Of a DNA stretch of 64,000 bases, positions 53,594 through 61,444 are shown in pieces. Positions within the stretch are counted from its first letter, which is position 1. The number at the start of each line of letters is the position of its first letter. The stretch spans positions 117,488-181,487 of the forward strand of contig CBFGKH010000006.1 of NCBI GenBank assembly GCA_965649295.1, read 5' to 3'. The stretch is from a candidate division WOR-3 bacterium. GTDB taxonomy: Bacteria; Hydrothermota; Tepidihabitantia; Tepidihabitantales; Tepidihabitantaceae. The position numbers were made by a program, and so were the translations under genes. The notes under the pieces are model-generated. The model did no database searches, was not told the DNA's origin, and was given only the letters and a program-made list of their open reading frames with translations.

Positions 53594-54091
53594 GTGCCAA
53601 GACCGCGCTCGTTCCTAGTTCGAACTACTACTGCCATTCTTCTCTTCGGTTTGGGCCTAGCACTGATTCTTCGCTCGTTGCCGCGGCGCGGTCACAACCA
53701 AGCACCACCGGCTGACAACTGCCGCTATACCGATTCCGCGGTTCCGGCTCCGGGAGCCACCCCACCCGATTCTGCAACTGTGCTCGCCGCCCTAGCCCGC
53801 GTCTCCGACCCCGAGCTAGGGATAAGCATTGTTGACCTTGGTCTGCCCGAGAGCATTAGCGTTGACGGGAACGGCAATGTCAACGTCGTGCTGGTGCTGA
53901 CCGTGCCCCATTGTCCGCGACGAGGACAGCTCGGCCAGCAGGCGCTCGCCGCCATCACTGCTCTTGCTGGTGTCCGTCGGACAACCGTCCGGCTGGACAC
54001 GACTATTCGCTGGAGCAGGTCGCGACTGACACCGGCTGGCCACAAGTACTGGCGCGAGCGGTTCGGAACTGGGGCCGATTCGGCGCCCTAG
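53594..54091 (+). CDS. DUF59/MIP18 (metal-sulfur cluster assembly factor-like) protein with N-terminal membrane anchor
   Basis: V.DPELGISIVDLGL, LT.PHCP, W...L; transmembrane segment AILLFGLGLALIL. GTG 53594 lies 5 nt after TTGCTT-N17-TAAAAT. Confidence 0.78.
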   Translation: MPRPRSFLVRTTTAILLFGLGLALILRSLPRRGHNQAPPADNCRYTDSAVPAPGATPPDSATVLAALARVSDPELGISIVDLGLPESISVDGNGNVNVVLVLTVPHCPRRGQLGQQALAAITALAGVRRTTVRLDTTIRWSRSRLTPAGHKYWRERFGTGADSAP

Positions 54092-54201
54092 CCCGGGGCA
54101 GCGAATCCGGTCGTGACTTGACTTCCTTCCCGGCCAGGAGAAACTATACTGTTGGCTATTGTTGAGCTGCGGTGCCGGCCGGGCGCCGTGAAGGGAGTGC
54201 G

Positions 54202-56808
54202 ATGTCCAAAGGGTTCTTAGTTGCCATCTGCGGTCTGCTCGCTGCCAGTGCCTTTGCTGGCACTGATATTGACCTATGGGGAAAACCAAGCCCCAGCCAT
54301 CCGCCGCGTTTCTCTGCCGCTGACGGAAACTGGTTTGGCGAGTTCTTGGTTGACACCGCCGTTGTCTGGGCACCAGGCCAGGGCACAATGCCAGCAGTTG
54401 CCTGGGGTGGCGGCAACTGGCTAGCGGTCTGGCACGACAATGTTCGGTCAGCAACCGGCACGGTCTATGCTGCCCGCGTCACGCCGGGGGGCGGGCTCCT
54501 TGACTCGGCGCCCATCTTCCTCGCCAATGGTGCCACCAACCCGGCAGTCGCCTTTGACGGCACCAACTTCCTCGTCGTCTGGGAAAAGGCAACCGGCACC
54601 AATCAGTACGACATCTATGGGGCCCGAATCAGCCCAACCGGCGCGGTGGTTGACACTGGCGGCGGCTTCCCGATTGTCGAGAATCCGACCAGCTCACAGT
54701 CATTTCCGGCCGTCAGTTTTGGCGGTGGTAGCTTCCTCGTTGTCTGGGAAGACGACCGCAACACGGCAACAACCGGCAGCGACATCTATGGCCGGCTGGT
54801 AACACCTGCCGGCACTGTCGGACCGGAGTTTGTCGTCGCCAACTGGCTCCGCGACCAAACCCGACCCCGCGTGGCCTACGGCGACACTATCTTCTGCGTG
54901 GCCTGGCAGGACCAGCGCACTGGCCGGCCAGCACCGTTTGCCGGCCGCGTCACCCGCTCCGGCGTCCTCCTTGACATCTACGGTATCCGGCTCACCGACA
55001 ACAACTCGCAGCAGATTGGCCCGGCAGTCGCGTTCGGCGGCGGCAACTTTCTGGTTGCCTGGGCGCGGTATGACTCGGCTGCCCAGGTGAACCGTCTTCG
55101 CGGCACCAGGGTCACACCCGCCGGCGCTGTGCTCGACTCCGCCGGCTTGGTGCTGGCGATGAGCACCACCGGTGAATGGGGCCCGGCAATTGACTTTGAC
55201 GGCACTAACTTCCTCATCGCCTGGATGAGCCGACCGATGAGCGGCTCCGATGTCTGTGCCTCACGGGTCACAGCTCAGGGCGAACTGATTGACACCGTGG
55301 CGATTGAGGTTGGCCGTGCCCCGAACGTCCAGGAGTTTCCGGCCCTGGCCTTTTCCGGCAGCAGCTATCTTGTCCTCTGGTCCGACATGCGCAGCCCGTC
55401 CTATGCGGTGGCAATCTACGGCTCGCGCGTCACAACCGGTGGCTTGCCTCTTGACTCGGCCGGCATCCGCATCTCCTGGGGCGCCAATGCCCAGGGCATT
55501 CCGGCCGCGGCATCGGACGGCACGAATTACCTGGTTGTCTGGCAGGACTATCGTTCCGACGGTGAGGACTCCGACATCTACGGCATCAGGCTTGACTCGC
55601 TCGGCCGGCAACTGGAGCCGACCGCCTTTCCGATTGTCACCCGCCGCGGCTACCAAGGCGAGGCCCAGGTCGCCTTTGACGGCACCAACTGGCTTGTCGT
55701 CTGGCAGGACAGCCGAACCGCTGGCTCAGCCATCTACGCTGCCCGGGTCTCGCGGGCCGGCACGGTGCTTGACCCTGACGGCCAAGAGCTGTTCCGAACT
55801 GCCGGCGACTATCTGCGACCAGCAGTCGCCTACAACGGCACTAACTATCTTATCGCCTGGGGTGACTACGCCACTGGCGGCCCGCCCAATATCCGCTACG
55901 GCCGGGTGCGGCCCGACCTGACCGTTCTCGACTCCGGCGGCATCCTCGTTCCCTACGACACCATCACCGTCGCCCGCTCTTATTGCAGTATCGGCTCGGA
56001 CGGCACCAACTGGCTACTATGCTGGACCGACGGTCACGACCGCAACTTCTCTGACGTCTATGCCACCCGCATCGGCCCGAACGGCACCGCGCTCGACTCG
56101 GCCGGCTTCCCGGTCAGTCAAGCCCTTTTCTACCAGTATTGCCCGGCTGTTTGCTTCGACGGCACCAACTATCTGGTCGCCTGGACCGACCGCCGCTCCC
56201 AGCAGGATACAGCTATCTATGCGGCCCGCGTCTCGCCCACTGGCACTGTTCTGGAACCCAACGGCATCCCCGTCAGCTCTGGCGCCGACTTCCTGACCCG
56301 GGCAACGAGCCTTGTCTGGAACGGCACCGAATGGGTGCTCGGCTGGGGTCGCCGGGGCCTGATTCGCGGTGCCCGATTGCAGCCCAGCGGCGCGGTTATT
56401 GACACCTTCACGATTATCCGCTGGGGTCAGGCCTACTACCCGGGCTTTGCTGCCCGCAGCCGTGGCCAGGTCTTGCTCTGCTACACTGGCTGGGCTGAGG
56501 AATACCGCGGCCGCCACATCGGCGTCGCCCGCATCTGGGGCAAGTTCGGGCCATTCCCTGGTGTTGCCGAGGAACCCTTAGCAGCCGAGCTAGCCAGCAG
56601 CATCAGGGTCCTGCCCAATCCCACCGCCGGCCCGGCCCTCATCCGCACTGCCCAAGCCCGGCGCGTCGCGGTCTACGATGCTCTTGGCCGACTGGTGCGA
56701 AGGCTCGAACTGCAACAAGGCCAGGCTCAGCTCACCGGCCTTCAACCGGGTGTCTATCTGCTGTTAGCAGAACCAGGCGCGGCCCGAGCCAAGCTGATCG
56801 TCCGCTAG
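54202..56808 (+). CDS. Secreted 14-repeat (probable double beta-propeller) protein with T9SS-like C-terminal domain
   Basis: About 14 copies of PAVAFDGTN(F/Y)LVVW.D.R..DIYG.RV...G.VLD; PNP..YDALGRLVR..PGVYLL; SD GGGAG. Confidence 0.85.
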   Translation: MSKGFLVAICGLLAASAFAGTDIDLWGKPSPSHPPRFSAADGNWFGEFLVDTAVVWAPGQGTMPAVAWGGGNWLAVWHDNVRSATGTVYAARVTPGGGLLDSAPIFLANGATNPAVAFDGTNFLVVWEKATGTNQYDIYGARISPTGAVVDTGGGFPIVENPTSSQSFPAVSFGGGSFLVVWEDDRNTATTGSDIYGRLVTPAGTVGPEFVVANWLRDQTRPRVAYGDTIFCVAWQDQRTGRPAPFAGRVTRSGVLLDIYGIRLTDNNSQQIGPAVAFGGGNFLVAWARYDSAAQVNRLRGTRVTPAGAVLDSAGLVLAMSTTGEWGPAIDFDGTNFLIAWMSRPMSGSDVCASRVTAQGELIDTVAIEVGRAPNVQEFPALAFSGSSYLVLWSDMRSPSYAVAIYGSRVTTGGLPLDSAGIRISWGANAQGIPAAASDGTNYLVVWQDYRSDGEDSDIYGIRLDSLGRQLEPTAFPIVTRRGYQGEAQVAFDGTNWLVVWQDSRTAGSAIYAARVSRAGTVLDPDGQELFRTAGDYLRPAVAYNGTNYLIAWGDYATGGPPNIRYGRVRPDLTVLDSGGILVPYDTITVARSYCSIGSDGTNWLLCWTDGHDRNFSDVYATRIGPNGTALDSAGFPVSQALFYQYCPAVCFDGTNYLVAWTDRRSQQDTAIYAARVSPTGTVLEPNGIPVSSGADFLTRATSLVWNGTEWVLGWGRRGLIRGARLQPSGAVIDTFTIIRWGQAYYPGFAARSRGQVLLCYTGWAEEYRGRHIGVARIWGKFGPFPGVAEEPLAAELASSIRVLPNPTAGPALIRTAQARRVAVYDALGRLVRRLELQQGQAQLTGLQPGVYLLLAEPGAARAKLIVR

Positions 56809-57914
56809 ACGGTAATCTCGCCGGCCCAGTCCTGCTGGAACAGCTGGCCGACACTCGCCCGCTCCCGACTTGGGTCACCCAAAAGCACCATCAGCTTCAC
56901 CAGCGCTGCCTCCGGCGTCATATCCGCGCCCGAAATAACCCCGGCTTCGAGCAACCGGCAACTTGTCTCATAACGCTCCAGCTCAACCCGGCCGCCACCA
57001 CACTGAGTCACCGCCACCGCCACCACTCCCCGCCTGACTGCCGCCGCAATCGCCCCGAGCATCCGCTCATCGCTTGGCACCGTACCTGCCCCATAGGCCA
57101 AAAGCACGATTCCCGCCAGACTCTCATCACCAAGAATGTGCGGCAGCAGCGACCCTTGCTGGATACCAGGAAAGAAACTGACCGCAACGACATTCGTCTC
57201 CAGCCCGGTGCGCAGCCGCAACCGTTTGCCGGAAATTGGCCGCAGCACCCGCCGATCAATAACAATACTCTCACCTGCCCGGCCCAGCGGTGGGTAGTTC
57301 GGCGAAGCAAAGGCCCGAAAACCAGAAGCACTAACCTTGCGACTGCGATTGCCCCGCAGCAGCACATCACCAAAAAAGATACTCACCTCGGGCACGACCG
57401 GCAGCCCCGAATGGGCCGGATTAGCAATCAGCAGCGCTGTCAACAGATTCTGCAACGCGTCGTTACGGACATTGTGCAGATGCGAAAGCTGGGCGCCGGT
57501 CAAAACGACCGGCTTACTCAGGTTTTGGAGCATAAAACTCAGCGCCGAGGCGGTATAAACCATCGTGTCAGTGCCGTGCAACACCACAAACCCCTCGTAG
57601 CGGTCATGATTCTCGGCAATCACCGCCGCCAACTCGCGCCAATACTCTGGCCCGATATTCGCCGAATCGAGCGGCGTCAGGCTGCAGCCATCCACATTGA
57701 ACCCGATATAGCGGGCATTCGGCGAGCCGTCAGCCAGCCGTTCATTCAGCGAACTAGTACGGCGACGATACTCGGCCCAGCTCACCACCGCCAGCGGACT
57801 CTTCGGGTCCTGGGGGTCACGCGGCATCGAACCGATCGTGCCCCCGGTATAGACGACCAACACCCCCTCACCCCGGTTGCCCGGCTCATAGCAATGAGAA
57901 ATCGCAGTCGTCAC
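56805..57914 (-). CDS. ansA: Type I (cytoplasmic) L-asparaginase
   Basis: YTGGTIG, HGTDTM, KPVVLTGAQ, RGNR.RK, DMTPEAALVKL; no signal peptide. Confidence 0.9.
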   Translation of the reverse strand: MTTAISHCYEPGNRGEGVLVVYTGGTIGSMPRDPQDPKSPLAVVSWAEYRRRTSSLNERLADGSPNARYIGFNVDGCSLTPLDSANIGPEYWRELAAVIAENHDRYEGFVVLHGTDTMVYTASALSFMLQNLSKPVVLTGAQLSHLHNVRNDALQNLLTALLIANPAHSGLPVVPEVSIFFGDVLLRGNRSRKVSASGFRAFASPNYPPLGRAGESIVIDRRVLRPISGKRLRLRTGLETNVVAVSFFPGIQQGSLLPHILGDESLAGIVLLAYGAGTVPSDERMLGAIAAAVRRGVVAVAVTQCGGGRVELERYETSCRLLEAGVISGADMTPEAALVKLMVLLGDPSRERASVGQLFQQDWAGEITV

Positions 57915-57916
57915 GG

Positions 57917-58108
57917 CTAGCGAACGTTCAACATCGGCACAAGCTTCTGATCAAACGGCGTGATAACAAACGTGTTATTCTGACTCTCCGCCACCTTCTT
58001 CAACATCTCGACATAATACCAGGTCAGATAACTATTCGTCAGCGAGCCGGCAATCACCCAATCGGCCACCACCGCGGCAATCGCGACGACTACCAGTAGT
58101 CCAAACAT
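57917..58108 (-). CDS. 63-aa membrane protein resembling the N- and C-termini of an SPFH/prohibitin protein (possible internal-deletion remnant)
   Basis: SD AAGGAGG; N-terminal transmembrane segment; SLTNSYLTWYYVEML..SQNNTFVITPFDQKLVPML resembles SPFH C-tails (from recall). Confidence 0.5.
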   Translation of the reverse strand: MFGLLVVVAIAAVVADWVIAGSLTNSYLTWYYVEMLKKVAESQNNTFVITPFDQKLVPMLNVR

Positions 58109-58228
58109 AAAGCCTCCTTGGCCTAGCCATACTCTACCCGGGCCAGACCACAACGCAAGCACCAGCCACTGCCGTTTGACAAAACCAGACCGCAGCGCTA
58201 TCTTTGCCCCACACCAAGGAGGACCTAG

Positions 58229-58846
58229 ATGAAAAAACTGCTGCTCGTCCTGCCGCTGCTGGCCGGCCTCGTGCTCGTCGGCTGCGACACAACACCAGAC
58301 TACTACCCGCTGACTGTCGGTAGTGTCTGGAACTACACCGGCTACACGACGATGACCACGTCGCTGGCTTCAACCGACACGATGGTCAAGCTCGACCAGC
58401 GGGTCCAGATTACAAAGTCCGACACCCTCAACTCTGGACTCCAGGTAGTCGAAGTCATAACGACAATCACTCAGGATATGGCGATGCCGGACACCACCAT
58501 AACCGTCGTTGATACAAGCTACTACCACGAGACCGACTCAAGCATCGTGGTCTATCCCGACAAAGCCGCAACCGCCGGCGAGACGGTAATCCGTCTGCCG
58601 CTCGAAGCCGGCAAGACCTGGACCCAGGCCGGCGCAACAACCACCGTAGTTGAGCAGGAAGACGTGACTGTTCCCGCCGGCACCTACAAAAAAGCCTGGC
58701 GCCTGGAGACATCAGTAACCGGTGTCACAACCGGCAAGGCCTGGTATGCCAACAAGACCGGGCTTGTCAAGTACGCCATGACCTACACCGGCGGTGGCGT
58801 AACCTACAACACCGTCGTTGAACTGAAGTCAGCCACGGTCAAATAG
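58229..58846 (+). CDS. Lipoprotein, beta-rich (TVPAGTY motif, DUF3108/TapB-like)
   Basis: Lipobox LVGC; YYPL.VG..W.Y; VTVPAGTY; WYA..GLVK. Promoter TTGACA-N17-TATCTT; SD AAGGAGG. Confidence 0.8.
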   Translation: MKKLLLVLPLLAGLVLVGCDTTPDYYPLTVGSVWNYTGYTTMTTSLASTDTMVKLDQRVQITKSDTLNSGLQVVEVITTITQDMAMPDTTITVVDTSYYHETDSSIVVYPDKAATAGETVIRLPLEAGKTWTQAGATTTVVEQEDVTVPAGTYKKAWRLETSVTGVTTGKAWYANKTGLVKYAMTYTGGGVTYNTVVELKSATVK

Positions 58847-58872
58847 TCACTAGCTGCTCAGTCCTGATTCGC

Positions 58873-58899
58873 TGGGCCGCGAGCGAAACTCGCGGCCCA
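58873..58899. terminator. Terminator-like hairpin
   Basis: tgggccgcgag-cgaaa-ctcgcggccca, 11-bp stem after the lipoprotein stop. Confidence 0.65.
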
Positions 58900-58999
58900 A
58901 GCATTTCCGAACACTACCTATCCAATTGGCTCGGTCACGGCCCAGCCAAAAACAACGCGCGGCGCGGCGGCCGCCGCTAGAAAGCAGTCCGGGTCAGCC

Positions 59000-61378
59000 C
59001 TAACGCTGTACCACCAGCTTGCGGTTTAGGGTATAACTGCCTGCGGTCAGCCGGCAAAAGTAAACACCCGGCGCCAATCCGGCCAGGTCCAGATTCCACG
59101 TGCCGGTAGTGGCAGCGATTGCTGGCCCCCGCTGGACGAGTCGGCCGGCCTGGTCGTAGAGGCTGAGCTTGACTGTGCTTTGGGTGGGCACCGAGAAGGT
59201 GACCGTCGCTGTCCGCCGGGCTGGGTTCGGCCCAACCCCAAGCGCGACGCGCGGCGCTGGTTCTGGCATTGGGTCGGCGACAACGCCGGTGCCGCCACCA
59301 CTAGTCCAGACCGCGGCATTGTGAATCACCCTCGCCCAGCCACCACTACGCCGACTGTTGCCGTTGACGCCCGGGTAGGAGTTGATGCCCACGACGCGAC
59401 GGTTGGCGCTCGCGGCAACGTAGTATTCGCCGTCGTCCCATTTGGCAACTGAGTCGGCGCCGCTGGCCAGCCCAACATCGCAGATGTAGTAGTCGCCAAC
59501 GGTGCTGACACCGGTCATTACCGGATGGCTGGAGTTATACCAACCGAGCAACCGGTTGTTGAAGCTAAGGCCGCCGGGAACCAAGGTTCCGTAGGCGCCG
59601 GTCATTATCCTGCCTGCCAACTGCCAGCCGCTCGCAAATGAGAAGTTCGTGAGCACCACCCCTTTGCCGGCATCAACATAGTCGGCGAGGACGTTGCCCA
59701 GCGCAACCGGGTCGGCAAAGGCGTAGTTGGAGAAGGCGATGACCCCGTCGTAGGGCAGTAGCTCGGCCAGGGTCGGGGTTGCCGACTGGACCGAACGGTA
59801 TTCGACCGAATCGCCCAGCGCAGTGAGCGCCGCGCCCAGGCTGTCGGGCAGCCCGTCGTCGGAGTAAAGCACCAGTAGCCGCAGCCGCGACGACGGAACA
59901 ACGCACATGAGGCCGCGCGGGTCTAGGGCGATGGTGCCGGAGGCGATGAGGGTGCGGGCTGGACTGAATACTTTGAAGGTGTTGGTGGAGTAGCCGCTGT
60001 GGGCAACGTAGTACTGGCTGCCGTCCCAGGCGACAAATGCTGGGTCACCAGTGCCGCCGCCAATGTCCCAGGTGGCGTCGTGGGTGATTGTGCCGCCATT
60101 GAAGCGGGAGCAGGCATAGCCGTAGAGGAGCGAGCTGGTCCCGCACCAGATGGTGTCACGGGCCAAGGAGAAATTGTAGGGGTGAGGTGAGATGTTTATC
60201 GTCGTCAGATTGATGAAGTTACCAGTCAGGTCATACTTATAGACTCTGTTGCCAAAGGGCACATAGAGGAACTGGCCGTCGGTGCGCACGGCGGTGTTGG
60301 CCGGATTGGCTAGGGTGAAGTCGGTGTATGTGCCGTCGGCAGTCCGGTGGCGGCGCAGGGTGGTGCCGGTGCTGACTTCGTAGATGTATTGGCCGGCCGG
60401 GTCGGCGCCGACGCGCGATTGGCCGCTCTGGAAGTTGAAGGGTGGCCGGCAGTTGCCGGGTGCCGGGTTGGGCACTTGACTTTTGGGGCAGCCGTAGAGG
60501 ATGTTGGTGACGTCGTAGTTTTTGAAGTAGAGCGAGTCGGGGTTGAGGAAGCCGGTGAGCGGCTCGTGCACCCGGAACCGCCAGATCCAGTTGCCGTAGA
60601 AGCAACTGGCATAGACGCAGCCGCCGATTACCGGGTCTGCTTGGAAGCCGATGCCCGAGAGGTAGCTCGGCAGGCCAGTGGGGAAGGTGTCGGTTGGGGT
60701 CCAGGTGTTGGCGACTGTGTCGAAGCGGCAGTACATTACGAGATAGGTCCCGCTTGATGAGTGCGGCATTGACCAGAGCCGGTTTGGGTACGTCCGGTCG
60801 AGCACGAGGTCGCGGGCGGTTGTCGGCAGCACCACTCCGCCCGACTGGGTGAGTGAGCGGAGGACGTTGCCGTTTTGGTCCATCGTGTAGATGGTCAGGT
60901 TGTTGGGGGCCGAGAATGTCGTGGCCCAGAACTTGCTACCGTCCCAGTCGAGGCCGCGCACCTGCCGACCACCGGTCGGAGCGAACTGGCGGACAAAAGT
61001 CCCGCCGAGGGTATAGACCTCACAGTACTCGGGTGAACCGAGCCGCGACACGCAGATTGAGTCTGCAAAGGCGCAGATGGCGATGACGGGATCGCTGCCC
61101 CGGGTCGGAAATGAACCGATGAGTGCGCCGGTCAGCCGGTTCCGGTAGTGGACCGCACTGTCCTGGAGCGCGCAGAAGACGGTGTCGTTGCGAACGTAGA
61201 TGCATTGATAGAGTGTCTGGCTCGGTAGCGAGTCGAGCTTGACCCACATTGAGTCATCGGTCGGTCGTGGTGTTGTCGGCTTGGCCGGGATGGCGGTGCT
61301 AAATGGCTCGGTCGCATCCGGCCCGAGCGCCGCCGCTATGGCAACGACGAGCGCGAGTGATAACAGTGTCTTGGACAA
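59000..61378 (-). CDS. Secreted multidomain protein (beta-propeller-like regions, GATase-like alpha/beta module) with T9SS-like C-terminal domain
   Basis: TTG 61378 after SD AAGGAGG; signal peptide; GLDWDGSKFW; C-terminal PNP..YDQAGRLV..LAPGVYFCRL..KLVVQR. Confidence 0.8.
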   Translation of the reverse strand: MSKTLLSLALVVAIAAALGPDATEPFSTAIPAKPTTPRPTDDSMWVKLDSLPSQTLYQCIYVRNDTVFCALQDSAVHYRNRLTGALIGSFPTRGSDPVIAICAFADSICVSRLGSPEYCEVYTLGGTFVRQFAPTGGRQVRGLDWDGSKFWATTFSAPNNLTIYTMDQNGNVLRSLTQSGGVVLPTTARDLVLDRTYPNRLWSMPHSSSGTYLVMYCRFDTVANTWTPTDTFPTGLPSYLSGIGFQADPVIGGCVYASCFYGNWIWRFRVHEPLTGFLNPDSLYFKNYDVTNILYGCPKSQVPNPAPGNCRPPFNFQSGQSRVGADPAGQYIYEVSTGTTLRRHRTADGTYTDFTLANPANTAVRTDGQFLYVPFGNRVYKYDLTGNFINLTTINISPHPYNFSLARDTIWCGTSSLLYGYACSRFNGGTITHDATWDIGGGTGDPAFVAWDGSQYYVAHSGYSTNTFKVFSPARTLIASGTIALDPRGLMCVVPSSRLRLLVLYSDDGLPDSLGAALTALGDSVEYRSVQSATPTLAELLPYDGVIAFSNYAFADPVALGNVLADYVDAGKGVVLTNFSFASGWQLAGRIMTGAYGTLVPGGLSFNNRLLGWYNSSHPVMTGVSTVGDYYICDVGLASGADSVAKWDDGEYYVAASANRRVVGINSYPGVNGNSRRSGGWARVIHNAAVWTSGGGTGVVADPMPEPAPRVALGVGPNPARRTATVTFSVPTQSTVKLSLYDQAGRLVQRGPAIAATTGTWNLDLAGLAPGVYFCRLTAGSYTLNRKLVVQR

Positions 61379-61444
61379 GGCTACCTCCTTGGTTTGAGTC
61401 CCCAACTACTCTTTGCCACAATCGGCACTGGCAGCAGCCGCACG

